From Octopus sinensis (lineage: Eukaryota), in contig NW_021832442.1 of the NCBI RefSeq assembly GCF_006345805.1, forward strand, positions 1 through 30,515: a stretch of DNA of 30,515 nucleotides, in the 5' to 3' direction. This document shows positions 11,323 to 23,893 of this stretch, piece by piece. The notes under the pieces are model-generated. The model saw only the letters and a list, made by a program, of their open reading frames with translations, had not been told where the DNA came from and ran no database searches. Positions within the stretch are counted from its first letter, which is position 1. Each line of letters begins with the position of its first letter. The translations under genes were made by a program, and so were the position numbers.

Positions 11323-11676
11323 TGTATACCAATGTATACTATGAGTTTCTTTGCCCTAGGAGTCGGGAAGACACTCGGCAAGAAATGGAAGCAAATTTGA
11401 AAGAAAAAAAAAAAAAAATAATAATAAATTCTCACATAGACGGATAGACACACACATACACACACTTATCGGTAGAGTTTAGCTTGACAATTACAATATA
11501 ATACAATATAGTGTTGGCAAAGAAAATTCTTTCCAGTAGTGTTTAAAGTCTAAAGTAATAAAGAAGGGTAATAATTCCATTAGTAGCCCCGACAGAACAA
11601 ACCGAATAGTCTTGGAAATTAAAGATGATGCTGAGTTGAGTAGATCTTGTCTTTGAAATGAACTATGGAAAGTACG

Positions 11677-11707
11677 GACGTGTTTCAGTTTTGTTGGATC
11701 TCCTCAG
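11677..11707 (-). ncRNA. Degenerate hammerhead ribozyme-like motif
   Basis: Minus strand CUGAGGA-GAUCCAACAAAACU-GAAA-CAC-GUC: core boxes and GUC triplet are present, but stems I and II pair poorly. Confidence 0.35.
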
Positions 11708-12329
11708 TAAAACATTCTGCTCTATTGACCACGTTTTAGAGATGATGAAAATCAATTTTGCTGTCTTAAGAAGGAAGTCCATGCATTGTGAAATTCGTAG
11801 TATACTAGTCTGACAAACAAAACATGATGGTCATGACTGGAATAGGTTTGATAATGTGTCTACTAACCAGGAGTTAGGTGAGTTTATGCTGGTTACTTTG
11901 TTTTTTTAGAGAGCCGTGGTTTCAATGCGAACGTTGAGGATTGAAGCTGCATACAAACTGTTTAATTTTTAAGAATAAATATCAATAAAGAAACCTCTAG
12001 GAGGCGACTCGATGACCAAGAAATGACACCAAACGCTCTGAGATCAAACCGTACTTCAAATTCTGAAAGAACATGTTGGTCGATATAATGTTAGGACAAC
12101 ACACACACACACACACCCAACACACACACACACACACACAAGCGCATACACACAAGCGCACACACACAAGCGCACACACACAAGCGCACAAAACAAACAC
12201 ACACACGAATACATAAACATACATGTTTAAATAGCTAAAAAGGGTGGCTTATTAGCAATTAGAACCTAAAAGCAAAATTAATACAGGTCACAAAAGTGAC
12301 CGAGGGTTCCGGCCAGTACGTTTATGCTA

Positions 12330-12587
12330 AAGTGGATTTGGTAGACGGAATCTGAAAGAAGCCTGTTGTCTATATGTATATACACACAGACGCGCTGTAT
12401 TTGTCCTCCTACTACCGCTTGACAACGGCGCTGGTGTGTTTACGTCGCCATGATCTAGCGGTTCGTCTCAGTGAACGATAGAATAAGTTCCAGGTTTTAA
12501 AAAATAGGTACTAAAAATTCTTAAAGCTGGTGCCCCAGCATGGCCGCAGGCCAATGACTGAAACATGTAAAAGATAAAAGATAAAGC
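12330..12587 (+). mobile_element. SINE family B, 5'-truncated
   Basis: GTGGATTTGGTAGACGGAA.CTGAAAGAAGCC...GGTGCCCCAGCATGGCCGCAG..GACTGAAAC-(TAAAAGA)n, matching 23605-23893. Confidence 0.85.
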
Positions 12588-13224
12588 ATATGTACATGCA
12601 AATCTGTGAATACATGTTTCGTAAGACGAATCACTTCTACATCTATGTGCCTATCATTCAATGCACATATGTGTATGAATACATTTGCATGTATGTATGT
12701 GTATGCCTGTTTATGTGTCTACATTTATGGTTTTATGTGACAGTATCCGTGCGTGTGTGTGTGTGTGGGTGTCCGTGTGTGCGCGCGTGTATGTGTAATT
12801 GTCTGTATCCGTGTAAGAAAAGAGATGTAGACTAGTATTTTTATTATTAGTCTCTTCAATACCATTTCGCTCCATTGTCTCTTCTCACACAAATTCGCTT
12901 TCTATCCATTTCTATTTCTCGATCAGCCACTCTCTGCATCTTTTTTTATTTCTATATTCAACCAAAATCTAATTTGTCTGCAGATATATATTCTCTTTAT
13001 TGAATTAATTAATTTGTCGGTTTATTTATAACTATAATAACATACAAGCTAACAAATGTCCATACAATACGCTTTCTTAAAACGTAATATACACACAAAC
13101 ACATATTGTGATGTGTGTCTGTATATGTGTGTGAGTGAGTGTGTGTGTATGTGTGTGTATGTATATAGAGAAATATGTATATACATACATGCACAGCATA
13201 TATGCATCCACACACACACACACA

Positions 13225-13390
<166 letters not shown>

Positions 13391-13646
13391 TGTTATGTTG
13401 AACCGTTATTCCCCACACATTCTTTTTCTTTCGTTCTTTTTTTTTCAATCTCTCTCCATGTTTTCCTCTCAGTCCTTTCTGTCAAAGAGTTTAAACTTGA
13501 AACGTCAAAGACTTTTCCATTATTTCCAAGCGCCTAACTAATATATCAGCTAATACACCTGCTTTGTGTGCCCGTGTGTGTGTTTGTGTGTGTGTGTGTG
13601 TGTGTGTATGTGTGTGTGTGTGTATGTGTGTGTGTGTGTGCATATA

Positions 13647-13965
13647 TGGGTACAGGTCGCCAACAGTAAACAACATGGGAACAAGTAATACTGGTAATAC
13701 AAGGGACAAGTAATACAAAGGATGATCCTTTATTAGTTGTTGACTGTTGTCTGTCCACTCCCCATTTCGAGCAATCACCGACAATATGAGTCTTCGAATT
13801 TTGGGACTTATGGAGGGTCAAAGTTGGAACAAAAACAGGGCAGTGGAGACATATAGGGAAAGCGAACGAAAACAATCATGGAGGGTTGTTAGACCTGAGC
13901 GAGGGGAAAATAGTGAACGCTGAGAGAAATATTTTCTTTGAAAAGAGAAAAAATAGAAGAGAGAG
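13647..13965 (-). mobile_element. Interspersed repeat family PB, copy 2
   Basis: Reverse complement aligns loosely with 30170-30500 (ATTTCTC..GCGTT, TGTTTTCGT, TCCACT, ACCCTCCA, CGAAA..GGGAGT, terminal GA..TCCTG-like end) and shares its end with 1211-1230. Confidence 0.55.
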
Positions 13966-14029
13966 ATAATAGATGTCTAGCCCTTAAATGCACGTGCAGG
14001 AAAGAAAGATGGTCACGCGAGGAAAAGCA

Positions 14030-14522
14030 CGTGGAGCGAAGGCATGGCAAATATGTAATAATCTACATATGGAAATCTCTAGAAGAGCCAGTACCTAATT
14101 TCGGCATGGAGTGTTATACAAATGCCAGAACCGACCGCCATTGTTTCATACCAAAGATACCATTCACTCCGTCGAAATTCAGGACCAAGTACTGCAACAG
14201 CCTTGGGTTCAAAGGCCCACTGCCTTTCAATGCTCTGCCACAAAAATGAAGAAATCTGCATTAGGTGGAAGTAGATGTCTTCAGAATTGAAGTAGACAGC
14301 CTCCTCTCCGCAGTACCGAATGAACCAACAGCGCGACATGAGGTACATACGAGGATTGTAGGAATCACGCTCCCTTATACACCAAATGGGCCAACAGCTG
14401 GGAAAAAGGCACATACAGGAGTGGTGATGTGAAACAGCCCAGACTTAGGAAATCAGAAAGATTACGGTGGTGCTCCAGCATGACCGCAGCTGCATGGCTT
14501 AAACTAGTAAAAGAGTAAGAGA
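14030..14522 (+). mobile_element. 5'-truncated CR1/L2-group LINE 3' end (with in-frame stops) plus tail
   Basis: ERRHGKYVIIYIWKSLEEPVPNFG..RTKYCNSLGFKGPLPFNALPQK*RNLH*VEVDVFRIEVDSLLSAVPNEPT; homologous to 25016-25278; tail GGTGGTGCTCCAGCATGACCGCAGC. Confidence 0.9.
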
Positions 14523-14523
14523 T

Positions 14524-14586
<63 letters not shown>

Positions 14587-14711
14587 TGTGTGTGTATGTG
14601 TGTGTGTGTGTTGTCTTTTTCATGACCGACCATTAACGAATCTCACTGTGTCGCAGTTTGAACAAGCATATCTATTTTTCTCTTCGAGTTAGCTTTCTGT
14701 TACATACTTAC

Positions 14712-14770
14712 GTGTTTCATCTAGCAGATATTTTTTCATCCATGGCAACAAACCGTTGTTCAAGAACTTA
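14712..14770 (-). other. Candidate 59-nt exon
   Basis: Minus strand ttttattcAG|...|GTAAGTAT with an open frame KFLNNGLLPWMKKYLLDET; no recognised homology. Confidence 0.25.
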
Positions 14771-14849
14771 CTGAATAAAATTCAGTGACAATTTCTGTAA
14801 CAATTGCATATATCTGATATCGTGTATATCGATTCTGAATTACAAAAAA

Positions 14850-14880
<31 letters not shown>

Positions 14881-15171
14881 TAAAACATAAAAATGGAATT
14901 TTTCGTAAGTCACAAAATTACAATTATCAATAAACACATCCTCCAAAAACTTCACAAATCATAGAAACTTGCAAATTCAACTTTAAACATATATCTGCAT
15001 TAAAATAAAAACACATAAAAATGAAATAACGTACAACGAAAAGCATGACATAAAAAATTGCTATTTTTTATGTTATCCAATTTTAACAAGAATAAAATTG
15101 TTTGTGCACACACATCAGCATCTGAATAACACTGTGTATCTCTGTTAGTGAGAGTGAGTATGTATGTGCGG

Positions 15172-15206
<35 letters not shown>

Positions 15207-15801
15207 GGCGTGTATAGATATATATAGAAGTAAATGTACAATCTACAAATATTATTTTGGACCACCGAGCCCAGAGAAACAGCTGTTGGATTTGTAATAC
15301 TTTCTTCAATCCCCTTTAGTACTTGATATCATTTCCATTCTGTGTAGGTCAGGACTGTTTGTATTGAAAACATTCATACCTCGTTTGTATTTCATGTATT
15401 TAATATATATATTGACTTGCCCAACTTGCTTACCCGTACATTTACTTCTCTACCCGCTCATGTTTAAACCTCTTGTGTATTCTATACAGAGAATATTTGA
15501 TTCACATCTATGAACTATATATATAGCTGTGATTATGCTACACTGTCGTGTGTCCAAATTTGGCCAAAATATATTTTTTTCTTTTACAATATATATTTTT
15601 GCTCGCAATAGCCGGTCCTTTAGGTTAAACTATCATATCTCCAGCTGCTATAGATGCCAAGATAACAAAAATTATCAAAGTGTAGTACAACGGTTTTGGT
15701 ATGGAACTATGAAACTATATTTTTATATTCTGAAAAAGCAACGTTTTGGACTTACAACACTTTTGCATAATAGAAACGGTATATGATGTTTATATATATT
15801 A

Positions 15802-15870
15802 GTATGTATGTATGTATGTATGTATGTATGTATGTATGTATGTATGTATGTATGTATGTATGTATGTATG

Positions 15871-15900
<30 letters not shown>
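15802..15900. repeat. (TATG)n-(TA)n microsatellite
   Basis: Direct reading. Confidence 0.95.
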
Positions 15901-15901
<1 letters not shown>

Positions 15902-15989
15902 CAGCCATTTCGCTTAATTTGCTATCCATTAATCCACTACCCTTAGTTTGCACTCTATTTATCCATCCACATATCAGCGCTACTATATA

Positions 15990-16155
15990 TAGGAAGGGTG
16001 CTGAAAAGTTCTTGGCTTTAAGAGTATCGCGAAGGAAAGCCTGGTTGGAAGCCCAAACTTCTGAGTGTTTTTACAGGACTTAGAAAAACCGAATGACCGC
16101 TGCAACGAGTGTGTGAATCTGGGAGGGGAATAGTTTTAATAAAATCATAATTAAA
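15990..16155 (+). mobile_element. Short mariner-derived fragment
   Basis: TIR-like start GAAGGGTGCTGAAAAGTTCTTGG and a transposase C-terminal remnant DRCNECVNLGGE*. Confidence 0.55.
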
Positions 16156-16156
16156 A

Positions 16157-16210
16157 GTGGTGCTCCAGCATGGCCGCAGTCAAATGACAGAAACAAGTAA
16201 AAGAGTAAAA
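16157..16210 (+). mobile_element. Isolated 3' tail of SINE family B
   Basis: GTGGTGCTCCAGCATGGCCGCAGTCAAATGACAGAAACAAGTAAAAGAGTAAAA. Confidence 0.85.
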
Positions 16211-16257
16211 CATACACACACACACACACTCACATGTATATATATATATATACATAG

Positions 16258-16710
16258 CCAAGCCTGACCTTTCTTTCTTGGTTCGGCCGTCGTCTGTGCA
16301 ACATCTATATTCCTCCCTGTGCCTGTGAAATCTTGTATTCCTGCCGTAAGGCTTTAATTACACACACGCCAGCTTAATTTAATTCGTCCTTAGTTGAAAG
16401 ACACCTGTTGTTATGTCCTGTTATTTGTATTTGTGTAACATTCTCCATTTTTTCCGTCCTTGTTTTCATATACATTCGCTGCTTTCTTCCAAGGAATCTA
16501 ATGTGCTTAGCTTAGTTTTTCATTGGGGCTGGCCAGATTGGAGCAATCTCGAGTATAACCAGCCGCAATTGCTAAGATAATCTGGAACTCAACTAAGGAA
16601 AGAAAACTCCCAATGACCCGTCCTTGTTTCCTTGTATCGTCTATATATATATTTTTGTCCCTTTTTTTGTATCATCTGTCTGGATGTTTTGCGTTCTTGT
16701 CCCATTTTGT
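16258..16710 (+). mobile_element. Interspersed repeat family PC, copy 2
   Basis: Homologous to 2452-2856 (opposite strand). Confidence 0.7.
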
Positions 16711-16829
16711 ATTTTTCATTAAAGGTTTATATAAATATATACATATATAAATAGTCTAAGAATTTAGAAATTTCGACAGACATTAAATATCAGGCTGAGT
16801 AAAAAGTAAGCAACATTTTGAAACATGAA

Positions 16830-17812
16830 GTACATATTCGCCAACGAGTTACAGATTTGTTTATTCCGGTAACATAAAAATCTGGAGTTCTTGAGCTGGT
16901 GGACTCTTTGAACGCATTTTCAGCATCGGTTTGATTTTTGAACTTCTTCTCTCGCAGGAAACCATCAAGGTGCTTGAAAAGGTGGTAGTCGGTAGGAGAA
17001 AGGTCTGGGGAATAAGGTGAGTGGAGAAGAACTTCGTAGCCAAGTTCCCTCAACTTCTGGAGCGTCATTAATGAAACGTGTGGTTGAACATTGTTATGAA
17101 GAATGATTTGTCCACTTCTGTTGACCAGTCTGGGACGGAGGAGTAGCAGTTTTTCGTTCATTTTGACAATTTTATTGCAATATGTTTCTGTAGTAATGGT
17201 TTTTCCAGGTTATAAGAAGTTATAGTGGATGTGTCCAGTAGTACACTACCAAACAGTCACCATAGCCTTCTTTTTGAAGAGCTTGGGTTTAGGGAAGATT
17301 TTTGCTCAAGAATTGCGAAGAAAATTTCGTTTTATGGTACGAATCGAATTTTCATCGCAAGTTACAATACGGTCGAAAAATGGATCGGTATGGTTATGGA
17401 GAAGAAGCGACAAGCAAATTTCATATCTGTGCATTTTCTGATTTTCATTCAAATCGTGTGGTATCCATTTGTCGAGCTTCTTTTTATGTTCCGATCGCAT
17501 GCAAATGGTTGCAGGCAGTTTTCTGGCTAACTTGAAATTCTTATGCCAGTTGTCGAGTGTTTTTACGTGGATCTTTCTCATGGACGGTCTTTAATTGACC
17601 GTCATCAATGATAGATGGGCGTTCACTACGCTCACGATCTTCAAGGCTCAGCACTCCACTGCGAAATCGTTTAAACCATTTTTGAGCTGACCACACACTG
17701 GACATTTCCTCATCAAATACTTCATTGATATCGTGAGCAGCTTCAGCTGTTTTAGTCCTTTTTTGAAGTTGAATAGCAAAATTGCTCGAATATCGCGCTT
17801 TGACACTTCCAT
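16830..17812 (-). pseudogene. Mariner transposase pseudogene
   Basis: MEVSKRDIRAILLFNFKKG, KWFKRFRSG, WIPHDL, RIVTCDE, LHNNVQPH (second D mutated to N), YSPDLSPTDYHLF with 34-residue spacing; several frameshifts and stops. Confidence 0.93.
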
Positions 17813-17871
17813 TTCAGATAATTATAACAACGGTGTAAAGAATATCAATGTTAATTTATGGATGCATTTGG

Positions 17872-18270
17872 AAGGCGGCGAACTGGCAGAAAAGTTAGCA
17901 CGCCGGGCGAAATGCGTAGCCGTATTTCGTCTGCCGTTACAGTCTGAGTTCAAATTCCGCCGAGGTCGACTTTGCTTTTCATCCTTTCGGGGTCGATTAA
18001 ATAAGTACCAGTTACGCACTAGGGTCGATATAATCGACTTACTCCGTTTGTCTGTTCTTGTTTGTCCTCTCTGTGATTAGCCCCTTGTGGGTAGTAGAGA
18101 AATAGGTATATCGTCTGTCTTTATGTTCTAAGTTCAAATTCCGCTGAGGCCGACTTTGACTTTCATCCTTTCGGGGTCGATAAATTAAGTACCAGTTTCG
18201 TACTGGGGTCGATCTAATCGACTGGCCCCTTCCTCCTAAATTTCGGGCCTTATTCCTAGAGTAGAAAAGA
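17872..18270 (+). mobile_element. Dimeric SINE family A with target-site duplication
   Basis: Head GGCGGCGAACTGGCAGAA and B-box GAGTTCAAATTCC. The B-box plus CTTTCATCCTTTCGGGGTCGAT block occurs twice (about 17945-18040 and 18125-18225). ATGCATTTGG flanks it at 17862-17871 and 18279-18288. Confidence 0.92.
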
Positions 18271-19656
18271 ATTTATTTATGCATTTGGGCAAGTATGTTT
18301 CTGTATCATCAGACAATTCCAAATAGATGTTTAAAAATATTTAATGCTCTGCAGAAATCTTCATGGTTTTAAACGTTGCTTACTTTTTACTCTACCTGAT
18401 CAATTTTTTGTATCTTTTAACGGTGGAATAGGAAGTAGACAGAACTACAAATAGTAGCATATAAAATTTGAGCTTAAAATACACTCGGATGGACAATGTC
18501 GAAGGCTGCCCCTTGGACTCCTACATTTTCTAGGAACATGACCAAATCAGTCAATCGGATTCCCACCCCCGCTCCATTTTAGAAGGTTTGATCTTAGCGA
18601 GAATTATGCTTTTGACACTATAACAATTCAAAAACTTCGAAAGACGCGAAATAAAACGTATTCTTTCTTTCTAACACTGGAACGCGAAGTACACAAAATT
18701 ATCGGGTAAATTTAGGGTTAAAAATCGCCTTAGTTTGAAATAGTCGAAGGCTAATTTAGTAATTTTGACTTGACAAATAATCTAATAATACTGTATCTAT
18801 CGACCCTGTAATTCAGAGCATAGAGAGCCGCAACAAATATCACAAGATATTCTGTTTAACAATATAGCGATTCTACTTATTTGCCATCTTGTAGTATACC
18901 TAAGAATTCCATTAGCTGGTATGTTCATTTTTAGTTTAGCAAGGTGTAATTTCAGATGGTTTTGATTGTTATTTCAAAGTGTTCAAGCAATTGCGTAGAT
19001 GTTTATTGCTTGGTTAAAAAGAAATTACGATGAGCAATACGATAAGCAATATGGCTGAGGGAAATCATTTCCGGTGGGTGCTTTGTATATTTAATTCATA
19101 TGCTGAAGTGTGTCACATATATAATCTCTTTAAACTCACTGGATTACATGCGTTTACCAAAAAAGATAAGTATTGCTTGCATAGGAGATTAGTAAAGAAA
19201 TATGTTCGTTTCTGCATGTGTCACTGAGTCAGCCAAGCAGCATATGGGCAGAAACGCTAGAACGTCAGAACAGACACAGTACCATGCAGTATTCGTTTTG
19301 GTTTTCTTCATTCTAAGTTCATATTCTCCGAGGTAAGCATTGCCTTCCGCCCTTTAGGAATTCGTTTATAAAGTACCCGTATAGTACTTAAGTCGCTACT
19401 TCTCTCGTTCTCTTTCTTTCTGTACTGAACCTGTAATTCAAAAGTTTCTGTGTCATCACAAGATGTTACACTGGTTCGTCTAGAGATTTAAATTAACGAT
19501 ATACGTATATATGTGGGATGTTCGGTGATTTACACTTTAACTTAACAAATAACAATTTCGTTAATCAAACAATTTAATGTTCATCGTTGAAACCGATAGA
19601 AAATTCAAATGTAGGTGGATTTAGTTGATAATACTATCCGCATTTTATTGTACTTA

Positions 19657-20057
19657 ACTCTTTTACTCTTTTACTCTTTTGCTTGTTTCAATCATTTGAC
19701 TGCGGCCATGCTGGAGCACCGCCATTAGGCGTGTAAATCGACCCCAGGACTTAATTTTGTAAGCCTAGTACTTATTCTATCGGCCTCTTTTGCCGAACCG
19801 CTAAGTTACGGGGACATAAACACACCAGCATCGGTTGTCAAGCGATGTTGGGGAGACAAACACAGACACAAACACACACACACATATATATATACATATA
19901 CATATATACGACGGGCTTCTTTCAGTTTCCGTCTACCAAATCCACTCACAAGGTTATAGTAGAAGACATGTTGTCCAAGGTGCCACGTAGTGGGACTGAA
20001 CCCAGAACCATGTGGCTGGTAAGCAAGCTACTTACCACACAGTCACTTCTGCGCCTA
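19657..20057 (-). mobile_element. SINE family B, near full length
   Basis: Reverse complement of 23478-23893 with a short internal deletion. Confidence 0.92.
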
Positions 20058-20626
20058 TAATGGTAGTACGCCAATTTGCTTTTTGTACGTACCTGATGCG
20101 TGTGTCAGAACTCTTCTAAGTTCTGGAAGAGATTTGAAACTACCACCTATGTATTGAATTATTACTTTTTAACACCAATGCCTACAGGGCCACCGAAGCA
20201 GCAGTTAATTCTAATAGTAGTTTTTGTTGATGATGGTAGTTAATTCCAGGTTGGCACTGGTCCTCCAAACAAATATTCAAAACTTTTACAGTCCGTAATA
20301 ATAATTCCTTTATTGACCGTTATCATCAGAAACAAGACTATCTAGAACAATGATCTAATGTATTTTACATATTTAGGATAGCAGGATTTGATTTGAAGAT
20401 ATTTTGGTTATTATTTCTTGGAAGTTAGATGACGATATAAAGAATTTCTCGTGTGCTTTGCTGTTGCCTCTATTGTTATTGTTGTTTTACTTTGCTGTGT
20501 GAAAACTGACCGGAAAAAATTATTCAGGCCAAGATTATGCACCGAGTAATGCTCTGTTTGTTAAATCATATAGTTTCCACCAAAATAACATATCTGAACT
20601 CTCCATCTCGCTCTTCCTCTCTCTCT

Positions 20627-20709
20627 ATGTATGTATTTATGTATGTATGTATGTATGTATGTATGTATGTATGTATGTATGAATGTATGTATGTATGTAT
20701 GTATGTATG

Positions 20710-20773
<64 letters not shown>

Positions 20774-20799
20774 AATCTATCTATCTATCTCTCTATCTC

Positions 20800-20862
<63 letters not shown>

Positions 20863-20960
20863 GTCTGTCTATCTGTCTAGCAGGCTGGCTGTCTGTGTGT
20901 GTGTGTGTGTCTGTCTGTCTGGCAGGCTGGCTGTCTGTCTGTGTGTCTGTCTGTCTGTCT
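20627..20960. repeat. Compound microsatellite (TATG)n-(TCTA)n-(TCTG/TG)n
   Basis: Direct reading. Confidence 0.95.
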
Positions 20961-21857
20961 TTAATATCCATTTTTTGAACAGGAATGAAAGAGTCGTTAT
21001 GCTTAGCCTTTGGTCTGCTTCAAGAATCCTTACTGAGACAACACTTCAATGTCATAAGAAAGTGACTTCGAAAAGACGGTAACTGACACTGCTGTTGTTG
21101 ATGCAACTGCTATTTTCGTTACTGCCGTTGTTGCATTCTTTTTTTTTTTTTTTGCTGCTCCTGTTGATATTGCAATTGGCGCTACTGCGACAGCATATTG
21201 CTACTGTTGTTGTACTTACTGCTGTTCCTGCGGCTACTGATATCCTTCCTGTCTTTGTAAGCCTTGATCGAACTGACCGAACATCCGATGTATTCCAGTA
21301 GTGAACGACCTCTATTTTTCTATATTAGTAATTTCATTATCCAATGTGTCGTTCTATTATTAAAAAAGTAGGATACAATTTAAGGGTTATTTGGCTACAT
21401 TTTTTAAGTTGGTCTAGAGAACTAGTAATATTAGCTCCAGGTCTAGTTCGGCGAGGTGGCAGAATTGCTAGCACGCAGGAAGTGAGGGTCATAGAATTAG
21501 GGGTGGTTTCGGGAGTTTTGGGAAATATCTCAATCTGTATATTCAGCGGTAAACTGAATCGTAGAAGAGTAACAATATTGACGAGGATGAAAACTAAGGG
21601 TGAAACCTGTCGAGATTTGTCTCCCATAATTGTCTAAAAAATTTTAATCAACTTTTTCCTTTCAGTAGATCATAAACGATCCACTTTATGAATTTAGTGG
21701 TAGAAAAGATTAGTTTGCTAAGGTGTAATATTGAGATGGTCATTTAGGAAACTAAAAGCTATTGTTTTGTCATTGTTTCTCTTTCAAATTATGTGGAATA
21801 TCGAAATGACTGGGGCGATGAACGTCATGGTTCTAGTGGACTCAATGATGACAGTGG

Positions 21858-22045
21858 AGGTGGTGAGCTGGCAGAAACATTAGCACACCGGGCGAAATGC
21901 GTAGCCGTATTTCGTCTGCCGTTAAGTTCTGAGTTCAAATTCTGCCAAGGTCGACTTTGCCTTTCATCCTTTCGGGGTCGATAATTTAAGTACCAGTTAC
22001 GTCTCCTCTATGTTTAGCGCCTTGTGGGTAATAAAGAAACAGATA
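21858..22045 (+). mobile_element. SINE family A monomer
   Basis: Matches 17872-18105 with an internal deletion. Confidence 0.9.
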
Positions 22046-22095
22046 GTTGAGGTGGTGGTGGATGATTGTGATAGAGGTGATACTGCTCCTAGAGA

Positions 22096-22129
22096 TAATG
22101 ATGATAGTGATGATGATGATGATGATGAA

Positions 22130-22180
<51 letters not shown>

Positions 22181-22242
22181 GACGAGAAGCAGCAGCAGAA
22201 GATTGAAAATGATATCGATGATGGTTGAGGAACGGAAAAGTT

Positions 22243-22312
<70 letters not shown>

Positions 22313-22325
22313 GGTACTGCTACTG
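22096..22325. repeat. (GAT)n and (TAC)n trinucleotide repeats
   Basis: Direct reading. Confidence 0.95.
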
Positions 22326-22453
22326 CCGCTGAATACCACTCCCTGCTCAACTATTAATCAAGTCTTACATCGTATATGTGTGTGCATATATGCAGGTATG
22401 CTTGTATAAATGTATAGATAAACATATACCTGTGTATATATACATACATAATC

Positions 22454-22485
<32 letters not shown>

Positions 22486-22727
22486 GTGTGTGTGTGTGAA
22501 CTTATATGTATGAGTGTTTGGGAGTGAATGTAGGTGTGTGTATGCGTTTGTATGTGACTCTCATATATGATCTATAATGAGCAACCCAACATACGAAAGT
22601 TCCTACATACCTACGTGTAGGAAGACAAAGTTTTAAGACGCATGTTGTTTATATATATATATATATATATTGTATGTCGCTCTCTCTCTCTATATATATA
22701 AATATATATATATATATATTATATAGC

Positions 22728-22758
<31 letters not shown>

Positions 22759-23477
22759 AATATAAATATATATAGTATATATATATATATATATTATATA
22801 CATATATTACATACACACGCACGCACACATATATATAGTACATACATGCACACACACACAAACACACACACACCACGCACACAACATACACACAATACAT
22901 ACACACACCACAACACACACAACACACACACAGACATGTAGCGGACGTTTAAAATGCAAACCAAACGCTAATTACTTGATTGCTAATTAATTACGGGCAA
23001 AATTAAGCGCTTGCAATTAAATTCTTGAAAAAATAATACATCCATATATGTATGCATGTATGTATGTATGTATGTATGTATGTAGTTGTCTTTCTATCTA
23101 TCTATCGAACTATCTATCTGTCTGTCTGTCTGTTTGTGTATCGTCATATCGATTTGTCTCTGTATGAATGTATGTGTTTGTATATGTGTATACATGTGTG
23201 TGGTGTGTACGGTGTGTGTGCCCGCACATGCGTGCTTTTCTCATTGTGTGTGGTGTGTTGGTGTGTGTAGGGGGTATGTTACAAAGGTGAATTAGTGATA
23301 TGTTAGTTGATTGGACTACAACTTGAATATCTGAAATATCTGGAATACCCACTAATTCTTTTAAATTGATCATAGCAAGACACATAATTCCACATGAATC
23401 ATTCAGTTATATAGAGTTTAGCAAAAGTAAAGTTATATGTATTAATATCTTCTTTCACTATTCTATATCGCACATAT

Positions 23478-23893
23478 GCAGTGTGAGTGGCTGTGTGGTA
23501 AGTAGCTTGCTTACGAACCACGTGGTTTTCGGGTTCAGTCCCACTGCGTGGCACCTTGGGCAAGTGTCTTCTACTATAGTCTCGGGCCGACCAAAGCCTT
23601 GTGAGTGGATTTGGTAGACAGAAACTGAAATAAGCCCGTCGTATATATGTATATACATATGTGTGTATGTGTGTGTGTATATGTTTGTGTATCTGTGTTT
23701 GTCACCACAACATTGCTTGACAACCGATGCTGGTGTGTTTACGTCCCTGTAACTTAGGGGTTCGGCAAAAGACATCGATAGAATAATTACTAGGCTTACA
23801 AAGAATAAGTCCTGGGGTCGATTTGCTCGACTAAAGTTGGTGCTCCAGCATGGCTACAGTCAAATGACTGAAACAAGTGAAAGCGTAAAAGAG
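23478..23893 (+). mobile_element. SINE family B, full length (tRNA head, CORE-like segment, internal TA/TG microsatellite, LINE-like tail; resembles octopus OR2-type CORE-SINE)
   Basis: A box TGGCTGTGTGG, B box GGTTCAGTCCC, MIR/CORE-like ACCTTGGGCAAGT (23553-23565), tail GGTGCTCCAGCATGGCTACAGTCAAATGACTGAAAC. The family name is from memory. Confidence 0.9.

Larger units (their letters stand above)
16790..18399 (-). mobile_element. Near-full-length mariner (DD34D) element with SINE insertion
   Basis: About 40-bp TIRs: TCAGGCTGAGTAAAAAGTAAGCAACATTTTGAAACATGAAG (from 16790) and CTTCATGGTTTTAAACGTTGCTTACTTTTTACTCTACCTGA (to 18399); TA at 16788-16789. Confidence 0.95.

Noticed and set aside
16790-17581. 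SETMAR-like domesticated gene or active transposase
   Set aside because: No SET domain, TIRs present, frameshifts, and the second catalytic D is mutated to N.
17872-17960. SINE heads as tRNA genes
   Set aside because: They continue into SINE bodies and lack a full cloverleaf.
17225-18080. Plus-strand ORFs of 70-115 aa
   Set aside because: Antisense to the mariner transposase or read through SINE A.
22010-22228. Acidic poly-Asp protein
   Set aside because: (GAT)n repeat joined to a SINE tail.
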